Shown piece after piece: positions 28,301 to 37,382 of a DNA stretch of 64,000 bases. Source of the stretch: Rubripirellula sp. (GTDB taxonomy: Bacteria > Planctomycetota > Planctomycetia > Pirellulales > Pirellulaceae); the NCBI GenBank assembly GCA_965216875.1, contig OZ244207.1:4096001-4160000 (forward strand). The letters run 5' to 3'. Each line of letters begins with the position of its first letter. The stretch's first letter is position 1. The position numbers were made by a program, and so were the translations under genes. The notes beneath the pieces were generated by a model, which saw nothing but the letters and a program-made list of their open reading frames with translations, had not been told where the DNA came from and did no database searches.

Positions 28301-29182
28301 ATCGGCATCGGTCAGGCGGTAAAGAGCGTGTCCTTCGGGGCCATCGCCCGTCACAAAGACTTCGCCGTTGAGCGCCAAAATCCCTTGGCATGATGTGACT
28401 TGGTCACAATAAGTTCGAACTTGTTCGGGAATCCCGTCTTCGTCGCGATCAAAGACCAACATCAACGGGCCGCCTTCTTGCGACAAGATGATGTGGCCGA
28501 ATTCATTGAACGTCATCGCAATGACGCTGCCAACTTGATCGTCGCTCAAGACGCGTTGGACTCCAAAGCCCTTCTGAATCTGAAAGCGTTCGGTTTGCTC
28601 GGTTTGCTTCTCGGCAACAACGTCCTCGTCGCGGTCCCAAGGCACCGTGTCGCCAAGGATTCCGAACTCGGCCGCCGACTCCCAGAGTCGGTCGTTGAAC
28701 AACACGGTTTGCCACATCGATGTGTCTTCCGTGCTGGTTCGCCACGACGAGTCGCTGCTAAAGGTAAACCACTTGTCTTGGTCGTCTGGTCGGATCGACA
28801 CGCGAGCTGCGAGTGCCGCAGTATCGCCATGGGTGTTGACGACACTGACTGCGATCACATTGCGACCGATTTCAAGGAAGTCGGTAACGTCAATCTGCTG
28901 CATCTGCCGAGCCGAAGAACCCTGCCCAACCTGTTGGCCGTTGACAAAGACCTCGAAGCGATCGTCCGCCGCGATTTCAATCTTTCCTTCCGCAGGCACG
29001 CGAAGGTTGATTGGCTTGCGAAACAAGCAGGTTTCGCCTTCCGGAATTGGAGTCTGCAGCGTACTGCCCGACGCCCAAATCCATTTAGCTTCTTCAGCGT
29101 ATGCGGTCGTGGTGACGAGGGCCGCTGCGGTCAATACGGGCGCAACAATGCGGCTCAAAACAGAGCGTAGGTAGCCTTCCAT
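25385..29182 (-). CDS. PVC-type heme-binding protein: signal peptide, sugar-binding-like domain, beta-propeller, HEAT repeats, cytochrome c
   Basis: AKWIW..AADDRFEVFVNG; GEHGAHG; GIRNAYDL; DLEVGPDGAMYF; GDPVHGRAAY..CADCH..GPSL..SIMPSGL. Confidence 0.9.
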   Translation of the reverse strand: MEGYLRSVLSRIVAPVLTAAALVTTTAYAEEAKWIWASGSTLQTPIPEGETCLFRKPINLRVPAEGKIEIAADDRFEVFVNGQQVGQGSSARQMQQIDVTDFLEIGRNVIAVSVVNTHGDTAALAARVSIRPDDQDKWFTFSSDSSWRTSTEDTSMWQTVLFNDRLWESAAEFGILGDTVPWDRDEDVVAEKQTEQTERFQIQKGFGVQRVLSDDQVGSVIAMTFNEFGHIILSQEGGPLMLVFDRDEDGIPEQVRTYCDQVTSCQGILALNGEVFVTGDGPEGHALYRLTDADRNGTLEKVKAIVKFKGNGGEHGAHGIRLGADGMIYVAVGSHVQAMGETGDGETLRSYYEGDLLPRYEDPAGHGRGIKAPGGTIIRTNADGSIVERVAGGIRNAYDLVFTPSGGMFVHDADMEADIDTAWYRPTALFDVTEGAEFGWRTGWAKWPEHYYDRLPNLLDTGKGSPTGAICYEHYMFPVRYHNSLFLADWSEGRILNVRMKPRGAGFIADSEVFLKGQPLNVTDLEVGPDGAMYFCTGGRGTAGGVYRVIYKGQIPDRMKNLGSGIAAAVRQPQLRSAWARQEIASIKRDLGDKWGQLIAGVAYSDDNPSHYRTRAIDLMQLFGPVPSEELILELSRAQNENVRVRAAQFIALHPDERSSERLVEMLSDSDARVQRAACEAILRSGSLPNSVADLLPLLGDSDRNLAFVARRVLERMPVETWREEVLSHDDVRISLVGMLALVNADPSEAACMDVLRRSSQLLTEFLSDADFVDTLRLCQVALHRGKIDPEKITALRDQIGEEFPAGDQRMNHELIRLAAYLQSDDVAERALDYITSDAPEADRTLVAMYLQFLSHDWTAEQRFQILKFYENMANTTESSSLSMYLMAVTRDFAKSLSDEDVLAILEQGSVWRNAALAAIYRLPRPIDEKVAGLLRDLDEKLVEQPQASDVQRRLRTGIIAMLASAGDEDSAAYLRQLWRNEPERRAVIAMALAQNPDGENWDYLVRSLNILEDQTAEEVVKALQKVPVATDDPMALRQLILLGVRAESQDKSFASTEKLLEHWTGMQRPEGGDKSMRLWQKWYAKTYPDRPPAVEPDKDESRWDFDQLTNYLESDAGKFGDPVHGRAAYTKAKCADCHQFGNYGRAIGPSLSGISRRFTKREILESVLYPAHVVSSQYASKKVLTLDGDVMVGMVSELPDGTIQVRDANNRVSEVEAANVDQILPSNSSIMPSGLLDNLTLQEISDMMAYIGVLPPLEVAARPE

Positions 29183-29501
29183 GGCACTTGATCTTTTCGG
29201 GGAAGCGGGGATGTTTCCGAAGATTGCCAGGAAGGTTAAAGATTGTCCCCATTTTGACGCAAGGCTGATCTGAATTCGAAAGAAGAGTCCTTGGTTCCCA
29301 CATCGCCTAAAATGCCCTAATCACCCGAAACGGCCGAACAGATGCGGTTGTGAAGTCAACTTCACGCCTGATCGTTTGATAGCACTACTCATTTCCTTTC
29401 GCAATTCGATCGTTCGGGGGATCAACCAACCCGTTCGTTCCCTTCCGCCGCAGTCGATGAATCGCGGCTCCACTACTCTCATCTTTTGACAGGATTCTGC
29501 G

Positions 29502-30374
29502 ATGCGTTGGAAAGGCCGCCGCCAAAGCAAAAACGTCGAAGTCAACCGTGGCCAACGCCCCAGGCAGGCTGCTGCCGGTGGCCTCGGTTTGATCGTTGTC
29601 GTCCTAATCGTGGCATTGCTCGGTGGCGATCCGATGCAATTCCTGCAGAACGCCAATGTCCAGCAACCAGGAGCTGGGCAACCAGCCGGCGGCCCTATCC
29701 CCGGGGGAGCGCCGGCCACGGCCGAGCAGCGAGAACTTGATGAATTTGTTTCCGTTGTTTTGGCCGACACCGAAGATGTCTGGGGCAAGCTGTACCCACA
29801 AATGACAGGCCGTCGGTACCAAGAACCTGGCCTAAGGATCTTCGCCAACACCGTTGACTCAGCATGCGGGCGAGCGACGTCGGCGACTGGTCCTTTCTAT
29901 TGCCCTGCTGACCGCAAGGTTTATCTCGACACGGCCTTTTTTCACCAGCTCGCACAAGACCTCAACGCTCCCGGCGACTTTGCTCAAGCCTATGTGATCG
30001 CACACGAAGTCGGTCATCACATCCAGAACTTGTTGGGCAAAACCGACGAGCTGCAACAACTACGGATGCGATTGCCTGAGGAAGAATACAACAAGTATTC
30101 CGTGCGACTTGAACTGCAAGCCGACTTCTACGCAGGCGTCATGTTCCATCACGCTCAACGTGACAAGAGCATTCTCGAGGAAGGTGACATTGAAGAGGGA
30201 CTTCGGGCGGCCGCCGCGATCGGCGACGACACGCTCCAGAAACGAGCGCGAGGATTCGCCGAGCAAGAGACCTTTACCCATGGAACAAGCGACCAGCGTG
30301 TTCGTTGGTTTCTCAAAGGATTGCGTACGGGCGACCCGACTCAGGGTGACACGTTTCGCGCGAAAGAGCTTTGA
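29502..30374 (+). CDS. Neutral zinc metallopeptidase (YpfJ-like)
   Basis: MRWKGRRQSKNVE; GPFYCPAD; AHEVGHH (HExxH); ELQAD; FTHGTSDQRVRWF. Confidence 0.95.
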   Translation: MRWKGRRQSKNVEVNRGQRPRQAAAGGLGLIVVVLIVALLGGDPMQFLQNANVQQPGAGQPAGGPIPGGAPATAEQRELDEFVSVVLADTEDVWGKLYPQMTGRRYQEPGLRIFANTVDSACGRATSATGPFYCPADRKVYLDTAFFHQLAQDLNAPGDFAQAYVIAHEVGHHIQNLLGKTDELQQLRMRLPEEEYNKYSVRLELQADFYAGVMFHHAQRDKSILEEGDIEEGLRAAAAIGDDTLQKRARGFAEQETFTHGTSDQRVRWFLKGLRTGDPTQGDTFRAKEL

Positions 30375-30385
30375 AGCATCGCCGA

Positions 30386-30754
30386 TCAATCGGGTGCGAT
30401 GATCGGCGACCCAAAACGGAGCGTATTGCCATCGAGGTCTTCGATCACGAACACGCGGTGGCCCCACGGTGCATCATGCAGCGGCTCGATCACTTCAACG
30501 CCCTGGCCGACAAACTCATCATGCAACACCTGTGCGTCATCAACATTGACGTAAAGCTGGATCCGTTCTGGCCCGTCGCCAGAGTGCTCGGACAAATGAA
30601 AAGCAACGCGATCGCGTGCGATCTCGACAAAGACGGGCAAGCCATCGCCTGGGTCATGGTCCCAGGTGGTCTGGAAGCCGAGCTTGTCGCGAAAAAAGGC
30701 TTCGCTCTTTCGAGCGTCCGCAACGCGTAACAGGCTAATCGTTCCTTGCAACAT
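30386..30754 (-). CDS. VOC/glyoxalase/bleomycin-resistance family protein
   Basis: FFRDKLGF; LHDAPWGHRVFVIEDLDGNTLRF; AAAGGTG upstream of ATG 30754. Confidence 0.9.
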   Translation of the reverse strand: MLQGTISLLRVADARKSEAFFRDKLGFQTTWDHDPGDGLPVFVEIARDRVAFHLSEHSGDGPERIQLYVNVDDAQVLHDEFVGQGVEVIEPLHDAPWGHRVFVIEDLDGNTLRFGSPIIAPD

Positions 30755-30790
30755 GGCATCACCTTTGGACGACATTCCCAACCACCAGAG

Positions 30791-31846
30791 CTAGAACTCG
30801 ACAGCGAAACAGACTTCGCATCGATTGCGTGCCAACTGTCGGACACGCACTGACCTTGGCTTCCATTTTTCGATCGTCGCGCGCCACTGATCAATTTGGC
30901 TCGCCGAGCCGTAGTCGCCTATCTTCATCGTCAGCAACAGACCTTTAAAATGGCAACCCGAGTGGGTGACGATATTGCCGACGGTGACCAGTGTCTTTTC
31001 CGGCTTCACGTTCGAATCGACGAGCATCCATTTCGCACCGCGGAACTCTTTGCGAGGCAAGTCCCCGGCGCGTGCTCGAAAGTGTTTGAACTTGGGATGC
31101 TTTGCAATTCGCGGGTCCATGTCGGCTGGATCGATGCCGATCACTTGCATCCCCAATTCAAGCAGGCGCCCGCACGCTCCGCCCGGCGCGCTACCGATCT
31201 CCACACACAGGTCATCGGTATGCATATGGAACCCACTCCACGTGATCGCTTCAGCCGCTTTGTAGTAAGCGCGCGAAATGGGTGGGTAGGTTGGTGAAAT
31301 TGGCTGCACACCGCCGGGCCAACGTGATGGCGAAAAACTCGTGGCTTTGTGCGTGCCAAAAAACCAATGCGATGGTTCAACGAGGACCACGTCCAATACC
31401 GTTTGGTCAGGATGTGCGATTTCGTTCGGCTTGTCGGCTCGGATCAAGTCACCGCCGATTTCGCCAAAGAGTTCGTCGGCAACCGCGGCCGAAACCTCAT
31501 CCGTGCCAGGCTCAAAACCGAAACGCCCGATGGGCGCTCGATCCTTTGGCCAAACGTGCAAATGATCAAAGCTGCCCAAACCGCCCTCGGCGAGTTTTTC
31601 TTTGATGGCCACAACATGCCCCGCAAAATCTGAATCGCGAGATTGCCCGATCGAGGCCGATGCAGTTCGCACAAAGATGCCCCGCGGAGGCGGAACAGCG
31701 TCGTCATGTTTTGCGGTCACAAAACCAGGTCGCGAAAAAGCGAGGCGCCAACCCTGGTCTCCCATTTCCTTTTTCACCACCGCTTCGGCGCCGTGGGCAC
31801 AGCAAAGCATTGCGAAGGTCGGTCCAGATTGGCTTTGCTCAGTCAC
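30791..31846 (-). CDS. FtsJ-like SAM-dependent RNA methyltransferase (RlmM-like)
   Basis: SRAYYKAAEA; VEIGSAPGG; VIGIDP; LLLTMK; NRCEV; start uncertain (GTG 31846 or 31885). Confidence 0.8.
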   Translation of the reverse strand: MTEQSQSGPTFAMLCCAHGAEAVVKKEMGDQGWRLAFSRPGFVTAKHDDAVPPPRGIFVRTASASIGQSRDSDFAGHVVAIKEKLAEGGLGSFDHLHVWPKDRAPIGRFGFEPGTDEVSAAVADELFGEIGGDLIRADKPNEIAHPDQTVLDVVLVEPSHWFFGTHKATSFSPSRWPGGVQPISPTYPPISRAYYKAAEAITWSGFHMHTDDLCVEIGSAPGGACGRLLELGMQVIGIDPADMDPRIAKHPKFKHFRARAGDLPRKEFRGAKWMLVDSNVKPEKTLVTVGNIVTHSGCHFKGLLLTMKIGDYGSASQIDQWRATIEKWKPRSVRVRQLARNRCEVCFAVEF

Positions 31847-33098
31847 GTTTTTGTTGTTCTCGGTTGCGTTGAAACTTCTCGACACGCTGCGAGATTCCGG
31901 GAATCAGCTTCGCTGCGTTTTCGTAGTACAACTTTCTCAAGACGTCATCAGGAAGCTCGACGCCGTAGATTTGCCACATCCCTTGGGGCGGAGGCTGCTT
32001 TTCGCTGTAGGCGAACGATTCGTCTCGAGTCTCAAAAAACCGCCAGTAGATACGAAGTCGCTTTTCGCTCCAAGGTCCGTCGGTCCCAAACAGCAGACGA
32101 TCGGAATAGCGAATCAAAAACTTGCGTGCGGTGAAAGGTTGCCGTCCAAGCTCCGCGATCCGCGATGCGGGCTCGATCCACAGGTTCGGGTACGCATCCA
32201 ACCACTGGCCAACTTGCTTGAGATCTTCAGCGTTGTTCGCAACGTGGGCGCCAATGAATTGTGTTTTCGGATGCCGTGCAATCACCCGGTTGCGAGCGTC
32301 AAGCAATTCGGCTCGCGAGGGAAAATCTTCGCCATAAAAACTCCAATCAGGGTGCCGACTCAATTCTTCCCATCGCTCGTTGGTTTCGTCGATGGGATCA
32401 AAAAAGGCAGCCGGATCCGCCGTGTGAATGATCACGGGAATGCCGAGTTCGCCACAGGCTTTCCAAATGCCATCCCATCGCCGGTCATCCACTTCGATCA
32501 ACGATCCGTCGGGATTGCGATAGCCGAGTCCGAACTGCTTGAACACTTTCAATCCACAAACACCCTCGGCAACCGCTTCGGCAAGCTGCTTGGCGGTACG
32601 ATCAGCAAACCCCGGACGATGGCAGGCCCAGGACGATGGATCGTTTTTGTTTCCGTCGCCAATCCAATCGACATTGGCAAAGATCGCAAATCGATCTTTG
32701 TACTTTGGCCACAAGAACTTCATATGGCGTTCTAACTGGCCACCCAATCGCCCATCAAGCGAAACGCAGGTGGCGATGTTGTTGCGATCCATCAACTTGA
32801 CGAAATCATCAAGTGCTTGACTGCTGCCGCGCATCTTGAAATGAAAATGCGTGTGGACGTCAACCGACGGAAACGCCGCTTCGGTACGCGGATGCTCCTC
32901 GACTCGCAACTGACTCTTGGGCCGAAAATTCCGCAGCAGCAACTCCCGTCCCTCGCGGCCATCGAGCGCAGCTTCGCTCTCGGCACCCGGGGGCGTATTT
33001 TGCGCCCGCGCGGTGAGCGTTGCGCCTTGTAAGGCCGCTAACGTAGTAGTCAGGGCAATCGTCACAGCGATCGACCGAAAGTTGGTTACAATACGCAT
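31839..33098 (-). CDS. Amidohydrolase family protein (amidohydro_2-like), secreted
   Basis: DVHTH; VIIHTADP; GAHVAN; LFGTDG; YYENA; signal-like leader. Confidence 0.9.
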   Translation of the reverse strand: MRIVTNFRSIAVTIALTTTLAALQGATLTARAQNTPPGAESEAALDGREGRELLLRNFRPKSQLRVEEHPRTEAAFPSVDVHTHFHFKMRGSSQALDDFVKLMDRNNIATCVSLDGRLGGQLERHMKFLWPKYKDRFAIFANVDWIGDGNKNDPSSWACHRPGFADRTAKQLAEAVAEGVCGLKVFKQFGLGYRNPDGSLIEVDDRRWDGIWKACGELGIPVIIHTADPAAFFDPIDETNERWEELSRHPDWSFYGEDFPSRAELLDARNRVIARHPKTQFIGAHVANNAEDLKQVGQWLDAYPNLWIEPASRIAELGRQPFTARKFLIRYSDRLLFGTDGPWSEKRLRIYWRFFETRDESFAYSEKQPPPQGMWQIYGVELPDDVLRKLYYENAAKLIPGISQRVEKFQRNREQQKRD

Positions 33099-33175
33099 GA
33101 GTTGTGATGCATGTTGAAGCTCAAAAAACGCCGCGACTTCGCAGCGAAGAGGAATCGTAAGCAAAATAACGGACC

Positions 33176-35386
33176 GTGAGCGAAGAACACACGCAGTACC
33201 AGACCGCAGGTGGAGAATCGACCAGCCAACAGCTGTCGATGCAAGCCACCACGCCTCCAGCCGAGGTCCCAGGCTATCGTCTTCAGCGATTTTTGGGAGC
33301 GGGCGCGTTTGGGCAAGTCTGGGTCGGGCGAGACCTGAACACCGGTCGTGGCGTTGCCGTCAAGTTCTACCTTCATCGTGGCGGCGTCAATTGGTCGTTG
33401 CTTTCGCGAGAAGTGAAAAACCTCGTGCAACTCTCTGCCGACCGACACGTGGTCCAGGTCCTGGAAGTCGGTTGGGATGCCGACCCACCCTACTATGTGA
33501 TGGAGTTGGTCACCGGCGGGTCGCTCGAAGAGATGCTACAGGAGCGTTCCAAGCTGCCGGTCGCCGAAGCGGTCGAAATGTTTCGCAAGATTTGCATTGG
33601 CCTGAACCATTGCCACGGCAAGGGTGTGCTGCACTGCGACCTGAAACCGGCGAACATTCTGTTAGGCCAAGACAACGAACCACGTTTGGCCGACTTCGGA
33701 CAAAGTCGGATGTCGGACGACCAAACGCCGACACTGGGAACGCTCTTCTATATGGCGCCCGAACAGGCCGACCTGCAATCGACGCCCGATGCTTCGTGGG
33801 ATGTGTATGCCGTTGGTGCAATCTTCTATCGCATGCTGACCGGCCATCCGCCCTATCGCAACGACACGATTGTCGAACAAATCGACACCGCTGGCTCACT
33901 GCCGAAACGGCTCGAACGCTATCGTGATGCGATTCAGCATAGCGCGCCGCCGGACGCACACATGCAACGCGATGACGTTGACCGCGCGCTTGCCAGGATC
34001 ATCAGTCGCTGTCTCGCACCGGACCCGATCGACCGATACGCCAACGTCCAGCAAATCCTTCAAGATTTGAATCGCCGCGATCAGGCCCGAGCGCGGCGTC
34101 CATTGATGCTGCTCGGAATCGTTGGCCCCTTGCTAATCCTGATCGCCACCTGCGTTTACGGCGTGCGCAGCATTCGTCACGCAAGTGAAAGCACCAAGTC
34201 CGCACTTCGACGCGAAGCATTCGGAAGCAATCAACTCGCAGCCACGTTTGCCGCCCGCACACTCGAAAGTGAAGTTGAACGTTACTTCCAACTCGGGCAT
34301 CAAGAAGCCGACGATCTTAAACCGGCTCTACAGCAGTCGCTGGTCGACGAAGACTTCGACCAACTGCTTGACGAGATCGCATCGGCCAAGCGTCCCGCCG
34401 CAACGGCAAGCACCGAAGCACGCGATCGACTGCTCGATTCCCCCATTCGACAGCGTCTGGTGGCACACCTACAAGATCGCCTCGGCCGATACACCGACGT
34501 TCCGCCCGAGTCACGTCGGCTAAGACTTGCCACCATGTTCGTTACCGACGCCAAAGGAACGATCGTTGCCATTGCCTACAACGAGCCAGTCACGCGCGAA
34601 GACAACTCCGCTGGTCGGAACTTTTGTTACCGAACCTATTTCCACGGTGGCGGCCAGGAACTGTCGCGCGACGATGAACTGATCGGAACGGTAACCCCGC
34701 TTGAATCGACACACCTTTCAGCAGCGTTCCAAAGTACGGCAACAGGCCTTTGGAAAGTCGCGATCAGCACGCCGATCTATTTTGATGAAGACTCGAGCAA
34801 GAACCAATCGCCCGACGCGTTGTTCGTGATCACCGTCAACTTGGGAGACTTCAAACTGCCGCAAAGCAAAGAAGGCGGCGCCGCTGTTCTTGTTCAAGCC
34901 CGTCAAGGACGCGACCAAGGCACGATCTTGCAGCACCCGTTAATGGACAAACGTCGTGAAAGCGGTCGGTCGCTTGCCCAGGAGAAGTACCAACTTCCGC
35001 CAGAACTCTTCAGCCGGCTATTGGTTGGCGGTGACGTCGACTACCGAGACCCCATGGCCGCGGCTGATGACGGCGAGATTTACGACGGCCCATGGATCGC
35101 CGCCATGCAGACCGTCGCGGTTCCCAATGATGGCGTCTCCGAAGAAACTGAAATCGCCGAGACCGACTTGCTTGTGCTCGTGCAATATCGCCTCGACAAG
35201 GTGATGGAACCGGTCAACAAAATGCGCACCGCACTGCTTTGGGAAGGAGCTGCGGCGCTGGTTTCCATTCTGATCGTCACCCTCACGCTCTGGTACTTTG
35301 TGCGACGCGTCGGCTCGGTTCGCTCGGAACCACGACACCTGGCGCCCGAGTCGAACGAACCCGGCGAGACGATCGCGGTGAACTAG
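33176..35386 (+). CDS. Ser/Thr protein kinase with two TMs flanking a Cache-like extracytoplasmic domain
   Basis: GAGAFGQV, VAVK, HCDLKPAN, DFG, GTLFYMAPE; TM LLGIVGPLLILIA; FVTDAKGTIVA..NFCYRTYF..WKVAISTPI; second TM near the end. Confidence 0.92.
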   Translation: MSEEHTQYQTAGGESTSQQLSMQATTPPAEVPGYRLQRFLGAGAFGQVWVGRDLNTGRGVAVKFYLHRGGVNWSLLSREVKNLVQLSADRHVVQVLEVGWDADPPYYVMELVTGGSLEEMLQERSKLPVAEAVEMFRKICIGLNHCHGKGVLHCDLKPANILLGQDNEPRLADFGQSRMSDDQTPTLGTLFYMAPEQADLQSTPDASWDVYAVGAIFYRMLTGHPPYRNDTIVEQIDTAGSLPKRLERYRDAIQHSAPPDAHMQRDDVDRALARIISRCLAPDPIDRYANVQQILQDLNRRDQARARRPLMLLGIVGPLLILIATCVYGVRSIRHASESTKSALRREAFGSNQLAATFAARTLESEVERYFQLGHQEADDLKPALQQSLVDEDFDQLLDEIASAKRPAATASTEARDRLLDSPIRQRLVAHLQDRLGRYTDVPPESRRLRLATMFVTDAKGTIVAIAYNEPVTREDNSAGRNFCYRTYFHGGGQELSRDDELIGTVTPLESTHLSAAFQSTATGLWKVAISTPIYFDEDSSKNQSPDALFVITVNLGDFKLPQSKEGGAAVLVQARQGRDQGTILQHPLMDKRRESGRSLAQEKYQLPPELFSRLLVGGDVDYRDPMAAADDGEIYDGPWIAAMQTVAVPNDGVSEETEIAETDLLVLVQYRLDKVMEPVNKMRTALLWEGAAALVSILIVTLTLWYFVRRVGSVRSEPRHLAPESNEPGETIAVN

Positions 35387-35400
35387 AAGTTTCCCCTCGA

Positions 35401-35702
35401 GTTTGTAGTACCGAGCTTTAGCCGGAATCTGATCAGGCGTGGCCGCCTAAAGGCGGTACTACGAACGGTGAGCCGTTGATTCGCCGTAGCTACGCTCGCC
35501 AGAGCGTGGAGATGTGAGCGATCCACCTTCTGGTGAAGGCAGCTACGTTTGTAGTACCGAGCTTTAGCCGGAATCTTCTCAGGCGTGGCCGCCTAAAGGC
35601 GGTACTACGAACGGTGAGCCGAACGGGCTAGCGCGTGCGGCTCAGGCTGGGAGGACGCGGAGCGTCCGAAGAGTGCGTTACCACGCGGAGCGTGGTAACG
35701 AG
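35401..35702. repeat. Cluster of REP-like palindromic elements (GTAG-tagged doublets and other hairpins)
   Basis: GTTTGTAGTACCGAGCTTTAGCCGGAATC..CCGCCTAAAGGCGGTACTACGAAC twice (35401-35466, 35547-35612); GTAGCTACGCTCGCCAGAGCGTGG..CCACCTTCTGGTGAAGGCAGCTAC; GGACGCGGAGCGTCC; CGTTACCACGCGGAGCGTGGTAACG. Confidence 0.9.
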
Positions 35703-35738
35703 GGGAGAGGTTAGAGGTAACGCGGTGCGAACAACTCC

Positions 35739-37325
35739 CTAGGGCTTTAGCGGCGGGGCGTCGTATTGGGTCCGCAGTTTCGCCAATTGATCCTTCATCT
35801 GTGCAAGCACTTCCGCATACTGCGGGTCGGCCGAAACGTCTTTCATCTCATGGGGATCTTTTTCAAGATCGAACAGATTCAACCCATCGTTGCTGTAGAA
35901 GTTGATGAGTTTGAATCGGTCGGTGCGCACACCTTCATGGCGTGGGACTTGGTGTTCGCCACCATGCTCGTAGTAGTGATAGTAGATACCGTCGCGCCAT
36001 TTGGCTTGCTCTGAACCGAACAGCGGCAACATACTTTCGCCCTGCACATCCTCGGGTATCGGCAGTCCTGCGGCCTCCAGAAAGGTCGGGGCATAGTCGA
36101 TGTTCTGAATCAGCTGCTCATATCGACTGTTTGGGACGATCTTGCCTGGCCAACGAATGACAAAAGGCATCTTCAGCGACTCTTCGAACATCCACCGTTT
36201 GTCGTACCATCCGTGTTCGCCGAGGTAGAAACCCTGGTCCGAGCTGTAGATCACAATCGTGTCGCCAGAGAGCTCGTGGAGGTCGAGGTAGGCAAGCAAT
36301 CGACCGACACTTTCGTCCACCGAATCGATGCAGCGCAAATAGTTCTTGATGTAACGTTGGTATTTCCAACGCACGAGATCCTTGCCCGTCGGAGGATTCT
36401 CGAGGAAGGCATTGTTGCGAGGCACAAACGCAGCATCCCAAGCCTTCTTCTGCTTCGGTGTCATGCGTCGATACTCGCCGTCCTTCAGACGTGTTTCGCG
36501 AGTCGTCGCAAAGGGAACGTCCTGATGCACCTTCAGGTCATAGTGATAATAGAAGTGGCGGTCGATCGACATCGCGTTGCCTGCGAGCGTCTCGCTGCGC
36601 GACGACCAATCATCAAACAAGGTCTCGGGTTCCGGAACATCCTCATCGGTGTAACGATCAAGGTACTTGAGATCGGGAGCCCAGGTCCGGTGAGGCGCTT
36701 TGTGTTGACACATCAACAGGAATGGCTTGTCCTTGTCTCGACCATCGAGCCACTCGATCGCGAGGTCGGTTGTGATCGCAGTGCAATAGCCTTCGATACG
36801 GCGTTTGCCGGCTTTGCTGATGAAGTCAGGATTGTAGTAGCTGCCTTGACCGGGCAAGATTTCCCAGTGGTCAAACCCCGTTGGATCCGAATTCAAGTGC
36901 CACTTGCCAATCATTGCGGTGGTGTAGCCCGCTTTTTGAAGGACTTGTGGGAAGGTGAATTGGGAACCATCAAATGGTCCGCGTCCATTGGAATAGAATC
37001 CATTCTTGTGACTGTGCTTTCCGGTCAACACGCAAGCGCGGCTGGGTCCACAAATGGAATTCGCGCAAAACGAGTTGACAAACACGGCCCCTTCGCGGGC
37101 GATCCGATCAATGTGCGGTGTCTTGTTGATCTTTGAACCATACGCACCAATCGATTGGCACGCATGGTCGTCGGTAAAGATAAACAAGATGTTCGGCGCC
37201 TTTGCATTTCCGCTGGACGCAAAGAACGCGAGGCCAACGAGCACCAAGGCAAAACGAAGAGTGATCCCATTCACGGTAGAAGGTCTCGAAGTAGGCGGGA
37301 GAATCAGGTGGGGCAATGCGTTCAT
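35739..37325 (-). CDS. Sulfatase (formylglycine-dependent, Cys-type)
   Basis: PNILFIFTDDH; CGPSR (CxPxR); GKWHL; YSSDQGFYLGEHGWYDKR. Confidence 0.95.
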   Translation of the reverse strand: MNALPHLILPPTSRPSTVNGITLRFALVLVGLAFFASSGNAKAPNILFIFTDDHACQSIGAYGSKINKTPHIDRIAREGAVFVNSFCANSICGPSRACVLTGKHSHKNGFYSNGRGPFDGSQFTFPQVLQKAGYTTAMIGKWHLNSDPTGFDHWEILPGQGSYYNPDFISKAGKRRIEGYCTAITTDLAIEWLDGRDKDKPFLLMCQHKAPHRTWAPDLKYLDRYTDEDVPEPETLFDDWSSRSETLAGNAMSIDRHFYYHYDLKVHQDVPFATTRETRLKDGEYRRMTPKQKKAWDAAFVPRNNAFLENPPTGKDLVRWKYQRYIKNYLRCIDSVDESVGRLLAYLDLHELSGDTIVIYSSDQGFYLGEHGWYDKRWMFEESLKMPFVIRWPGKIVPNSRYEQLIQNIDYAPTFLEAAGLPIPEDVQGESMLPLFGSEQAKWRDGIYYHYYEHGGEHQVPRHEGVRTDRFKLINFYSNDGLNLFDLEKDPHEMKDVSADPQYAEVLAQMKDQLAKLRTQYDAPPLKP

Positions 37326-37382
37326 TGTAAACGCACTCGAGACGAGAACCACCGGATCGGCACGCCAATACCGCGTACTGAT

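Noticed and set aside
29350..29365. Palindrome GTGAAGT-CA-ACTTCAC in a divergent intergenic region
   Set aside because: Single short occurrence with no nearby regulator; could be chance
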